Assembly: GCA_043798985.1 (NCBI GenBank)
Contig: JAZDOE010000023.1
Coordinates: 3,626 to 67,625, forward strand
DNA length: 64,000 nt
DNA from: Candidatus Falkowbacteria bacterium
GTDB taxonomy: Bacteria > Patescibacteriota > Patescibacteriia > UBA11705 > JACRDX01
Reading direction: 5' to 3'
Part shown: positions 35,370 through 43,656 of the stretch, one piece after another
Numbering within the stretch: the first letter of the stretch is position 1
Layout of the letters: every line of letters starts with the position of its first letter
Position numbers and translations under genes: made by a program
Notes under the pieces: model-generated
Database searches by the model: none
Told to the model about the DNA's origin: nothing
Seen by the model: the letters and a program-made list of their open reading frames with translations, nothing else

Positions 35370-38315
35370 TTATTTCTTATGCTCGCAAATGTTGCGATAA
35401 TCGCAATACTGGCACGCAAAGCATGGCGTTGCGCGAAAATCACTTTGCTCAATCGCTTTAATTTTATCTTTTAATTCTTGCTTTAACGAATCTTTTTCTT
35501 CATTGGTGCCAACAAACGACAACCGCTGTTTTGTCGCGTCTTTTCCTTCCAAATAATAATACGTTAATTTAACCGGCGCAACGCGCAACGATTCTTCAGC
35601 CGCGATTTGATAGAGCAACAATTGTTTTTTCAAATCAGAATCAAGTTTAAGTTTTGGCTCGCCTGTTTTGTAATCAATAATTTCAACACCTTTGCCCGCC
35701 GACGAGGCGGGCGCATCAATTGCATCTACGCGATCAATCTTGCCGACAATTGAATATTTATCCAAACCAAATTTGAAATTTTGTTCAAGCAAATAAAGCT
35801 TTGGTTGTTCTTTAATAAAGTTGTCGTAAAAATTTTCTAAAATTCCTTTGCCTTTTTTAAAATAATCATCGCGCTGTTTTTCATCCGCATACCATTCATC
35901 AATCCATGACTCCTTGTAAATTTCCATAAGCCGCGACAAGGGCAATAATTTTTCGTTCTGTCGCGCAACCTCGCCAAACAGATCAACGACCGTCATGGTT
36001 TTTCGCGTTTTCCATTCTTCCAAAAATCTATGCAAAACAGCGTGCACAACATTACCAAAAGTAAGCACTGGTTTGCCAAACGGAACGATTTTCAACACAT
36101 ACGAAAACTTGTACATCATTGGACACTGCGTAAAAACATTTAGCTGCGAAAAACTGTAATATGTTGAAAAAAACAACCGTCTCGGTTGAACAACAATCGG
36201 CTGAACAAAACTTTTGTTCAAGGCGCTACTTCCACCCAAGGCTGGCATTACTGCTGACTGCTCAACTTTATACCCCAACTCAACAAGAAATTGCGATATT
36301 TTTTTCTTGCGACTGCCGCCGTAATTTTCAGCTGACGTAAAATACAAACCCTTTTTCGCGCGCGTCATCGCAACATAAAACAATCGCCGCTCTTCCTGCA
36401 AATGAAAATCGCCCTCTGGCAAAATATCTTTGATCAATGCGTCTGGAATTTCAATTTGTTCTTTGCGTTCAATTGTCGGAAATCTCTGATCAACCAAACT
36501 TACAATGAACACGTGTTCAAATTCCAAACCCTTTGCAGAATGAATTGTCATTACGCGCACAGCATCATTATCAACATCCAATCCTCCATTTAGCTTGCCG
36601 CAATCACCAGCTTCAATTTCCATTTCCAGCATTTCCATAAAACCGACCAATCGTTTATCACCAAATTCCATTTCAAACGTTTTGATTTTTCTAAAAAATT
36701 GATCTAACAAACTCATCTGCTCCTGATTTTGCGGATCCGGCAAATTTTTCAATATTTGCAAATATCCAGAGTCATACAAAATTTTTAAAAACACTTCGCT
36801 CGTTGGTTTATTTTTAGCCAGATTGGCATGCTTTTCAATTAATCCAACCAACCGCTCAATCTCAACAACCGTTTCCTGCGACACGCCAAATATTCTCGCT
36901 TGTTTCAGCGCCTGCCAAAGTGAAATCGCTTTTTTCTTCGCCTGATAAGAAATCTGTATTATGTCCTCAATCTGCACGTTTACAAATGGCGCTGACAAAA
37001 CACGAAACAGCGCAGCTGACTCGTGGTAATTATCCAGTAAACGAAAATAATTAATTATGTCCAAAATTACCGGCTTTTGATAAAGCCCTTTCAACGCGAC
37101 AAATTGAAATGGAATTTTTGCTTGCGCTAAATGCTGATTAAAAATATCCGCTGAATCATTCGCGCGAACGAGAATCGCAAAATCTGACCACAACAACGTT
37201 TCATCGTTCTTTTTCAACTCCAAAATTTTATCAACAACAAATTGCGCTTCATCCGCAATTTCATTGCAATGACAATGCTGAACATTTCCACTACCCTCAA
37301 CTTGCGAAATTAATTTTTTAACAATGCCAAGCTTGCTCTCCAGCCGGTCTGGGTTGTTCTGCTGAATAAACTTGTACGCAAGATCAAGAATCGGTTGAAC
37401 GGTGCGATAATTATTCATTAAAACAACTTCTTTCGCGTCTTTAAAATCTTCTTTGAATCTCATGATATTACTGACCGACGCGCCGCGGAATTTATAAATG
37501 GATTGGTCGTCGTCTCCGACGACAGTCAAATTGTTCCGCGGCGCGGCAAGCATCTTTACTAATTCGTATTGCGCGTAATTTGTATCCTGAAATTCATCAA
37601 CCAACAAATGCTTGAATTTATTGCGATAATACCGCAAAATTACCGGCCGTTCTTTGAACAATTTAACGCTATAATTTATCAAATCCCCAAAATCCAACGC
37701 ATTGTTTTCCAAAAGCAAATTTTGATAAACATGATAAGCATTGGCAACTTCATTGACGCGCAAAATTTCACTCTCCTCAATAAAATCAGCGCTGCCAGCA
37801 TTCAGCCTGCGTCCTTCCGCGTATTTCAAATAATCTTCCGGCAAAATCAATTCGTCTTTACAACGAGAAAAATGTTTTAACAATGCGTGTATGAATTTTG
37901 CCGGATTGCCCAATGGCCGGTAATAATCCAAATTGAATTTGGCCAAATTTTTGCGAACCAACAACCACTGCCCCACTTCATCCAACAACTTATAATTTCC
38001 AGACAAACCAATATCAATTCCATGTTGCCGCAAAACGCGGTCGGCAAATCCATGGAACGTCATTGTCCATTGATCAAAACAACCGTATGCTAAAAGTTGG
38101 TCAGTTCGCTCCTGCATTTCGGTTGCCGCCTTTTCAGTAAAAGTCAGCGCCAAAATTTCGTCGGGCTTTGCCCGGCCAGTTTCAATCAACCACGCGATAC
38201 GAAAAGTAATGGCCTTGGTTTTACCCGTGCCGGCTCCGGCAACAACAAGTTGCGGCCCATTTTCATGAGTAATGACTTTTTGCTGCTCAATATTCGCTTC
38301 TTTTAAAATGTCCAT
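35370..38315 (-). CDS. UvrD/PcrA-family helicase fused to C-terminal PD-(D/E)XK Fe-S nuclease (AddA/AddB-Cas4-like)
   Basis: GAGTGKT Walker A, DEFQDT motif II, helicase motifs through VMTIHSAKGLEF; C-terminal Cys cluster C-x2-C-x2-C-x5-C (CFACQYCDYRNIC). Confidence 0.8.
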   Translation of the reverse strand: MDILKEANIEQQKVITHENGPQLVVAGAGTGKTKAITFRIAWLIETGRAKPDEILALTFTEKAATEMQERTDQLLAYGCFDQWTMTFHGFADRVLRQHGIDIGLSGNYKLLDEVGQWLLVRKNLAKFNLDYYRPLGNPAKFIHALLKHFSRCKDELILPEDYLKYAEGRRLNAGSADFIEESEILRVNEVANAYHVYQNLLLENNALDFGDLINYSVKLFKERPVILRYYRNKFKHLLVDEFQDTNYAQYELVKMLAAPRNNLTVVGDDDQSIYKFRGASVSNIMRFKEDFKDAKEVVLMNNYRTVQPILDLAYKFIQQNNPDRLESKLGIVKKLISQVEGSGNVQHCHCNEIADEAQFVVDKILELKKNDETLLWSDFAILVRANDSADIFNQHLAQAKIPFQFVALKGLYQKPVILDIINYFRLLDNYHESAALFRVLSAPFVNVQIEDIIQISYQAKKKAISLWQALKQARIFGVSQETVVEIERLVGLIEKHANLAKNKPTSEVFLKILYDSGYLQILKNLPDPQNQEQMSLLDQFFRKIKTFEMEFGDKRLVGFMEMLEMEIEAGDCGKLNGGLDVDNDAVRVMTIHSAKGLEFEHVFIVSLVDQRFPTIERKEQIEIPDALIKDILPEGDFHLQEERRLFYVAMTRAKKGLYFTSAENYGGSRKKKISQFLVELGYKVEQSAVMPALGGSSALNKSFVQPIVVQPRRLFFSTYYSFSQLNVFTQCPMMYKFSYVLKIVPFGKPVLTFGNVVHAVLHRFLEEWKTRKTMTVVDLFGEVARQNEKLLPLSRLMEIYKESWIDEWYADEKQRDDYFKKGKGILENFYDNFIKEQPKLYLLEQNFKFGLDKYSIVGKIDRVDAIDAPASSAGKGVEIIDYKTGEPKLKLDSDLKKQLLLYQIAAEESLRVAPVKLTYYYLEGKDATKQRLSFVGTNEEKDSLKQELKDKIKAIEQSDFRATPCFACQYCDYRNICEHKK

Positions 38316-38340
38316 AACGTTGACAAAGCCGCGCGGGTTG

Positions 38341-39502
38341 TCATTCCGACCTCACTTTAGTGAGGGAGGAATCCCTTGTAAAGACTTTGCGAATGACAAT
38401 CGCCGCTCTTATCCGCGACATTAACCCCAAATAAAATTCCAAATTGTTCAACGTTGCCAATCTCTGCGCTAATGGTTCTTTAATCATAAACAAATACCGC
38501 AAGTACGCGCGCGAATAATTTTTTAATACATCAATTTTGCTATCAGCATTAATCGGCGTTTCATCAAATTTAAACTTTTCATTGCAAATATTCAGCTGAT
38601 CATAAAATTTTTCGTCTTTCATCACGTTCACGTGCTTTTTAAAAACAAACAACCGACCATGCCGCGCCTCTCTTGTTGGAATCACGCAATCAAACATATC
38701 AACTCCAAATTTAACCGCTTGAACAATTTGCTCTGGCCGACCAACGCCCATCAAATATCTCGGCTTGTTTTTCGGCAATAATTCGTCAATATATTCCAAA
38801 ACCTTGTACATTTCTTCAACTGATTCGCCTACCGCCAATCCGCCGATCGCATATCCGTCGAAATTGATTTTTGCCAAATCTTGCGCGCTTTTTTCACGCA
38901 AATCGCGTTCCAATCCGCCTTGAACAATGCCAAAAATCAATGGCCGTTTTTTCAATTTTACCCTGTCATTCGACAGGGTCTTGCGAAAATAATCAAAACT
39001 TTTTTTCGCCCACAAAGAAGTCAGTTCAACCGATTGTTCCAGATATTGGCGCTCGGCCGGCAAACCAACGCACTCGTCCAAAACCATTAAAATATCCGAA
39101 TCAATCGCCCGCTGAATTTTTATGGACTCTGCGGGCGACATAAAAAATTTCTTACCATCAATATGTGATTGAAATTCAACGCCGGCCTCGCGCAACTTAC
39201 GAATTTTTGCCAACGAAAAAACTTGGAATCCGCCGCTATCAGTCAGAATCGGCTTGTCCCAGTTCATAAAATGGTGCAAGCCGCCAAGTTTTTTCAGTTC
39301 TTTTTTCGCCGGGTCGCAACATTAAATGATACGTGTTTCCTAAAATAATTTGCGCGCCAAGTTGATTCAAATCCTCGGTTGTCAAAGTTTTCAGCACACC
39401 TCGCGTGGCAATTGGCATAAAACACGGGGTTTCAATTTCACCCCTCCGCGTTTTCAACATCCCTAACCTTGCCTTTTTGTTGTTGTTCAGTACTTTAAAC
39501 AT
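38341..39502 (-). pseudogene. tgt: queuine tRNA-ribosyltransferase gene interrupted by a +1 frameshift in a T6/A6 homopolymer
   Basis: N-terminal 87-aa ORF (..GNTYHLMLRPGEK) and 312-aa ORF (..[30 protein letters not shown]..) join in the A6 run at 39301-39306; removing one A restores [17 protein letters not shown]. Confidence 0.75.
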
Positions 39503-39564
39503 ATTGTCCTCATTATACTGATTATTCTCTCAAATTTCAACCCAATTTAACCTAAAATTATTTA

Positions 39565-39593
39565 TTGACAACCCCGCGCGTATTTGCTAAACT
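39565..39593 (+). promoter_or_regulatory. near-consensus sigma70 promoter for the GC-rich cassette gene
   Basis: TTGACA-N17-TAAACT, then GGAGGGG SD 4 nt before ATG 39631. Confidence 0.5.
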
Positions 39594-39630
39594 AATCGCA
39601 TAAATGTTCTTCAACAACCGGAGGGGTGTC

Positions 39631-40392
39631 ATGGACAAGAAGGCGTTCAAAGTCGCGGTCTCGTGTTTCATCGGTGCTGGAATCGGCGCGCTGGTCGCGC
39701 TGGAAATGAACCAGTGGTTCTGGTGGGTGGGATTGCTCGTCGGCGGGTTCGTCGGCTACCTGTCGTACGAATGGCGAACGGTTCTGCACGCAATTCCCGC
39801 GGCATTCAAGGCAGCTGAACGTGCGGTGTTCAACCGTCCAAAATACTTTTGGACAGCGATTGGATTGAGCATTATTGGCATCGTGGAATACTCTGCGATA
39901 TTTGGATCGCTAATGGGTTTCATAGCTCCAAATACTTCAACGTACATCTCCGTCTGGATTTGTACCACCTGCTTGTTCGCGATAATATTTTCATTCACGT
40001 ACTTTCACGATGAGATGCAGAATGAGCTCCGCAAACTCCTTGTGGCTGGACATCTGCGGCGCACGGTAACAATCGTGATCTTGCCCATTGGAATCTCGTG
40101 GCTGTTGTGGAGGTTCATCATCAACACGCCGCGGATGGTTTGCGCGATCGGGCGAGGCATCGTTCTTATCGCAAAGTTCATCAAGCGATTCGGATGGGAG
40201 ATGTTCATCAGAATCCATTCCGAGATTCGCTTGCTCTGCGGCATTGACGCGATGATCGGCGCGGCAATCGGCTTTTTCAGCGGTTCGGTGCTAATCGGCG
40301 CTTTCGCCGGAGCAGCGTTCGGCGCGCTCAACTATGCGGTCATCACCGTCCGGTGGCTGATCCCAGCCGGACACATCCAACGGACAACGTGA
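39631..40392 (+). CDS. GC-rich polytopic membrane protein of unknown function (likely horizontally acquired)
   Basis: 254 aa from MDKKAFK; ~6 hydrophobic helices; codon usage dominated by G/C-ending codons unlike neighbours; strong SD; start at 39604 in ORF track rejected (lies 4 nt after -10). Confidence 0.6.
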   Translation: MDKKAFKVAVSCFIGAGIGALVALEMNQWFWWVGLLVGGFVGYLSYEWRTVLHAIPAAFKAAERAVFNRPKYFWTAIGLSIIGIVEYSAIFGSLMGFIAPNTSTYISVWICTTCLFAIIFSFTYFHDEMQNELRKLLVAGHLRRTVTIVILPIGISWLLWRFIINTPRMVCAIGRGIVLIAKFIKRFGWEMFIRIHSEIRLLCGIDAMIGAAIGFFSGSVLIGAFAGAAFGALNYAVITVRWLIPAGHIQRTT

Positions 40393-40421
40393 CGCAACGC
40401 CCCAATAGGGCAACATTCTGC

Positions 40422-40452
40422 GGAGCGGTTTGAAACAAACCGCTCCTTTTTT
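40422..40452 (+). terminator. intrinsic terminator of the GC-rich gene
   Basis: ggagcggtttg-aaa-caaaccgctcc followed by tttttt. Confidence 0.6.
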
Positions 40453-40521
40453 ATTTTCACGGGTGCCACATATCCACACCCCTCAATTTTTCATAAAATT
40501 TTCAAAATGGTATTTATAATG

Positions 40522-40549
40522 GTAGAGACGAGATATATCTCGTCTCTAC
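40522..40549. repeat. REP palindrome, perfect 28-mer
   Basis: gtagagacgagatat|atctcgtctctac, preceded by TATAAT. Confidence 0.65.
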
Positions 40550-40563
40550 ATACGCACAAAAAC

Positions 40564-40602
40564 AAAAAATCCCGATCCAAGCATGGATGATCGGGATTTT
40601 TT
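40564..40602. terminator. A-run/hairpin/T-run bidirectional terminator-like structure between the two palindromes
   Basis: aaaaaatcccgatcca agca tggatgatcgggatttttt. Confidence 0.45.
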
Positions 40603-40607
40603 GTCCT

Positions 40608-40655
40608 GTAAAGACGAGATACCCGCCTGCCGTCGGGCAGGTATCTCGTCTTTAC
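40608..40655. repeat. 48-nt compound palindrome (REP variant GTAAAGACGAGATAC...GTATCTCGTCTTTAC with inner cctgcc-gtcg-ggcagg hairpin)
   Basis: outer 15-bp perfect arms; inner GC hairpin matches the MITE core palindrome cctgccggcgggcagg. Confidence 0.55.
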
Positions 40656-40957
40656 CTTGCCATTACGAACGTTGATCCATCCAAATATTTTATCTGCCCA
40701 ACAGGCACCATATTTAGCATCGCGACTTTTTCATCAAGATTTGAAATTGATTGCGCTTTTATAACTTCAACCTCTGCTTTTTTGTTATATTCAACCAATT
40801 CCACTGATTTCGCGTCCAGCTCCTTAATTGAATATCCGATTGTCGCGATTTTATTCATCTGTACTAAATAACCGGCTGACAATGAAACAATAACGGCTCC
40901 CAACAAAGTTGTCACAATAATATTTATTTTCCGCACCTTAGGATTTGGTCTGCTCAT
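40652..40957 (-). CDS. ftsL: FtsL/DivIC-like septum formation protein
   Basis: 101 aa, single N-terminal TM then coiled coil; immediately downstream of rsmH-mraZ. Confidence 0.5.
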   Translation of the reverse strand: MSRPNPKVRKINIIVTTLLGAVIVSLSAGYLVQMNKIATIGYSIKELDAKSVELVEYNKKAEVEVIKAQSISNLDEKVAMLNMVPVGQIKYLDGSTFVMAR

Positions 40958-41880
40958 AATATTTTTTCCACCACCCGCAACTTCGCAGAGCGACTATGAA
41001 AATTTTCATCAATCTCACGCTCGCTTGGCGTCACTGGTTTTTTTGTTATAATTTTTATTTTTGCTAAATGGCCACAAGTACAAACTGGCGCTTCCGGAGG
41101 ACACAGACAATCCTTGATCTCTCTCTGAAAAAATTGTTTTACTATTCTGTCTTCCAACGAATGAAAACTTATCACTGCCAACCTTCCGCCAACGTCTAGA
41201 ACATCAATCAAATCAGACAAAACCGTTATAACATTGTGCAGCTCGTCATTTACAGCGATACGCAAAGCTTGAAAAATCTGTGTCGCAGGATGTATTCGTT
41301 TCCTTGGATTTTTGAACTCCATCAACAATTGAACAAGCTGAAATGTCCGCAAAATCGGCTGTTCAGCTCTTGCAGAAATTATTTTCTGGGCAATTTTCTT
41401 TGCTTGGCGCTCCTCGCCATAATCTCTGAAAATTTTTATTAATTGCGTTTCAGAATAACTATTCAAAATTTTCGCAGCGGTCAAAGTGTTATCTAACGAA
41501 TACCTCATGTCCAATGGCTCGTCCCGTTGAAAAGTGAATCCCCTGCCCGAAGCTTGAATTTGATCAAGTGAAAAGCCAAGGTCTATCACAATGCCGCGAA
41601 TGGCTTTGAACTTTTTTTCAGAAACAACATTTTTAATGTTCGCGTAATTATCATTCACCAATATTACCCGACTCCCAAATTGATGTAGCCGATCGGCCGT
41701 CCGTTCAATCGCGTCTTTGTCCCAATCAATGCCCAGCAATTTTCCGTTTGGCGCGTTTTTTTCAAGAATGGCCAGCGCATGTCCACCAGAACCAATGGTA
41801 CAATCCACGAAATTTTCATTTGCCCGCGGATTTAAATACTGCAAAACTTCTTTTAACAAAACCGGAGAATGGAAAATCAT
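40954..41880 (-). CDS. rsmH: 16S rRNA (cytosine1402-N4)-methyltransferase RsmH (MraW)
   Basis: VDCTIGSGGH SAM-binding motif, DLGFS, C-terminal domain; 308 aa. Confidence 0.85.
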   Translation of the reverse strand: MIFHSPVLLKEVLQYLNPRANENFVDCTIGSGGHALAILEKNAPNGKLLGIDWDKDAIERTADRLHQFGSRVILVNDNYANIKNVVSEKKFKAIRGIVIDLGFSLDQIQASGRGFTFQRDEPLDMRYSLDNTLTAAKILNSYSETQLIKIFRDYGEERQAKKIAQKIISARAEQPILRTFQLVQLLMEFKNPRKRIHPATQIFQALRIAVNDELHNVITVLSDLIDVLDVGGRLAVISFHSLEDRIVKQFFQREIKDCLCPPEAPVCTCGHLAKIKIITKKPVTPSEREIDENFHSRSAKLRVVEKIL

Positions 41881-42377
41881 ATTCCCATTTCCCCCATTTT
41901 CTCCGCGATATTATTGCTTTCTTTTTCTGTGTCTATCTTAAATTTATTCCATTTATCACTGGCCCAAATTTCCAGCCGGTTATACAAACCAGCAATTACA
42001 ACCTTCTTTTTTAAACCAGCATATTCACGTAAATATTCCGGCACAATAATTCTTCCCAATTTATCAATCGCGACATCCATTGCGCCCGCCAACATGAGGC
42101 GCGAAAAAGCCCGGCTGTTTGCCTGGCTTATTGGTAATGATGCTATCTTTTTTGCCAATACTGTCCACTCTGATTTTGGATAAACAAAAAGACAGTTGTC
42201 CAATCCGCGCGTCACAACTGCCCCACTTTTTAAACTAACGCGAAACTTGGCTGGCAAAGAAATTCTGCCTTTTTCATCAATTGAAAAATTAAATTCTCCA
42301 ATAAACATATTTCCACTATTTCCCACTAATATCCACCTACAACCATTATATTCCACTTCTACATATCGGTCAACCAC
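41877..42377 (-). CDS. mraZ: division/cell wall cluster transcriptional regulator MraZ
   Basis: two tandem DUF-MraZ halves each with DxxGR motif (DEKGRISLP; DKLGRIIVP). Confidence 0.8.
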   Translation of the reverse strand: MVDRYVEVEYNGCRWILVGNSGNMFIGEFNFSIDEKGRISLPAKFRVSLKSGAVVTRGLDNCLFVYPKSEWTVLAKKIASLPISQANSRAFSRLMLAGAMDVAIDKLGRIIVPEYLREYAGLKKKVVIAGLYNRLEIWASDKWNKFKIDTEKESNNIAEKMGEMGI

Positions 42378-42439
42378 AAATCACCACCAAAAACCATTTA
42401 AAATTAGATTGATTTTCAGGGTTGTGGATAAATAAAAAA

Positions 42440-42460
42440 CTGGTAACTGGTAATCGGTAC
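42440..42460. promoter_or_regulatory. three 7-nt direct repeats (CTGGTAA CTGGTAA TCGGTAC) upstream of mraZ; candidate MraZ operator
   Basis: MraZ proteins bind short direct-repeat arrays in their own promoter; repeats lie 63-83 nt upstream of mraZ start. Confidence 0.3.
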
Positions 42461-42490
42461 CTAGGGTTAAAAATTTTCAATCCCCAGTTA

Positions 42491-42949
42491 CTAGTTACTA
42501 GCCCCAGTTCTAATATTCGGCTCTTTATCGTATTTTGGCATAACCAAATTTTTCATGCCAAATTGTTTTTTGTTTATATTCGCGTTGCTCAATAACCATT
42601 GTAATTTTTCTTTTTCGTTTTCAAAACTTTTTGTGATGTGCGCCCCGCCGATTGGAATATCAAGCGCGTATGCCAAAGTATTTGCCGTCGCGATTCCAGT
42701 CCTCAACGCTGAAAAATCGCCCGGCCCGTCCGCGATGATTATCTGGTTTAACGCGTCTAACCTTACTTCTGCGGCGCGCAATAATTCAATAATGGTTTTT
42801 AGCAAAAATTCCGAATGCTTGAATGGCTTGTTTATCGTTTTACTGAATAATAATTGCTTTCCGCTGGCCAAACCAACGCTGAATTGCTTATTAAACTCCG
42901 CGGCAATGATCAGTGTCCATTTTTTATTCTGCATAATTATCCTCCACAT
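42491..42949 (-). CDS. tsaB: tRNA threonylcarbamoyladenosine biosynthesis protein TsaB (YeaZ-like)
   Basis: ADGPGDFSALRTGIATANTLAYALDIPI ASKHA-fold motif, short (152 aa). Confidence 0.6.
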   Translation of the reverse strand: MWRIIMQNKKWTLIIAAEFNKQFSVGLASGKQLLFSKTINKPFKHSEFLLKTIIELLRAAEVRLDALNQIIIADGPGDFSALRTGIATANTLAYALDIPIGGAHITKSFENEKEKLQWLLSNANINKKQFGMKNLVMPKYDKEPNIRTGASN

Positions 42950-43571
42950 TCATTGAACAAACTTTTTGTTCAGGCAGCTTAATTATTTTATTTACAATCA
43001 AAACCTTATTTGGATTTTCTAAGATGTTCAACAAAAATCTATCGGCAATATCTTTGCGCAACTGGTATTCAATCATCGTTAGAATCGTATAACGCACAGC
43101 CTCGCCCGCCTCTTTTTCTAGTGCTTTGAAGATACTTTGTAACTTTCTTATGTCCAACTCATTACCAATTATGACAAGGTCTGTCGTGCTTTTTTTATCG
43201 TCAACAAATATGCCCATCAGCGCCAGATATTTTATCTCACCAGCCTGCACAATACGCTTAATTATCTTCTCTTCTATAATCATTTTCCCCTTGGAAAAAA
43301 GCGTGGTCAAATCGCTGATGAACGGGCACTCAGGACTTAATCCATAATATTTTTTAGGAGTCATTCCTGCGTTATCACGAACAGCTCCCTTGCTATCTTT
43401 TTCAATAATCAATCCCAGCTCAATTAAATTTTCCAACTCGCGGCGAACAGAATTCAGCATCACATCAGTGAGCCGCACAATCTCTCTCACGTAAAATTTC
43501 TTATGCGGATTATTTAAAAAGAACCGTATCAATTCAGCTCGCGCTCTTGAACCAAATAATTGTTCAAACAT
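42924..43571 (-). CDS. winged-helix DNA-binding protein, putative transcriptional regulator
   Basis: N-terminal ArsR/MarR-like wHTH (ELIRFFLNNPHKKFYVREIVRLTDVMLNSVRRELENLIELGLI); divergent from 43657 gene. Confidence 0.4.
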   Translation of the reverse strand: MFEQLFGSRARAELIRFFLNNPHKKFYVREIVRLTDVMLNSVRRELENLIELGLIIEKDSKGAVRDNAGMTPKKYYGLSPECPFISDLTTLFSKGKMIIEEKIIKRIVQAGEIKYLALMGIFVDDKKSTTDLVIIGNELDIRKLQSIFKALEKEAGEAVRYTILTMIEYQLRKDIADRFLLNILENPNKVLIVNKIIKLPEQKVCSMNVEDNYAE

Positions 43572-43656
43572 AGGATTTTCAATTAATTTTCATCATTCCT
43601 CCTATTGCCAACCTCACTGAATATAGTATAATGGACGAACAATAGAAAAGTCAACT

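Noticed and set aside
38341-39502. Programmed ribosomal frameshift in tgt
   Set aside because: No slippery heptamer/stimulatory structure consistent with known +1 PRF; a simple homopolymer length error or genuine pseudogenisation is more parsimonious.
39604-39630. ORF-track start at 39604 for the GC-rich gene
   Set aside because: That ATG lies 10 nt after the -10 hexamer with no SD; ATG 39631 has a GGAGGGG SD at the correct spacing.
39592-40479. Several minus-strand ORFs (39592-39789, 39756-39998, 39991-40218, 40005-40331, 40291-40479) opposite the GC-rich membrane-protein gene
   Set aside because: GC-rich DNA has few stop codons on either strand; the plus-strand gene has promoter, SD and terminator, the antisense ones have none.
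39565-40655. Integron gene-cassette/attC interpretation of the GC-rich membrane-protein cassettes
   Set aside because: The palindromes lack the GTTRRRY/RYYYAAC core sites of attC; the only tyrosine recombinase is Xer-like, ~17 kb away, and lacks IntI features. REP/RAYT association explains the data better.
42378-42490. REP copy upstream of mraZ
   Set aside because: Only the companion motif (ATCCACAACCCT, inverted) is present; there is no GTAGAGACG palindrome, so it is not counted as a REP.
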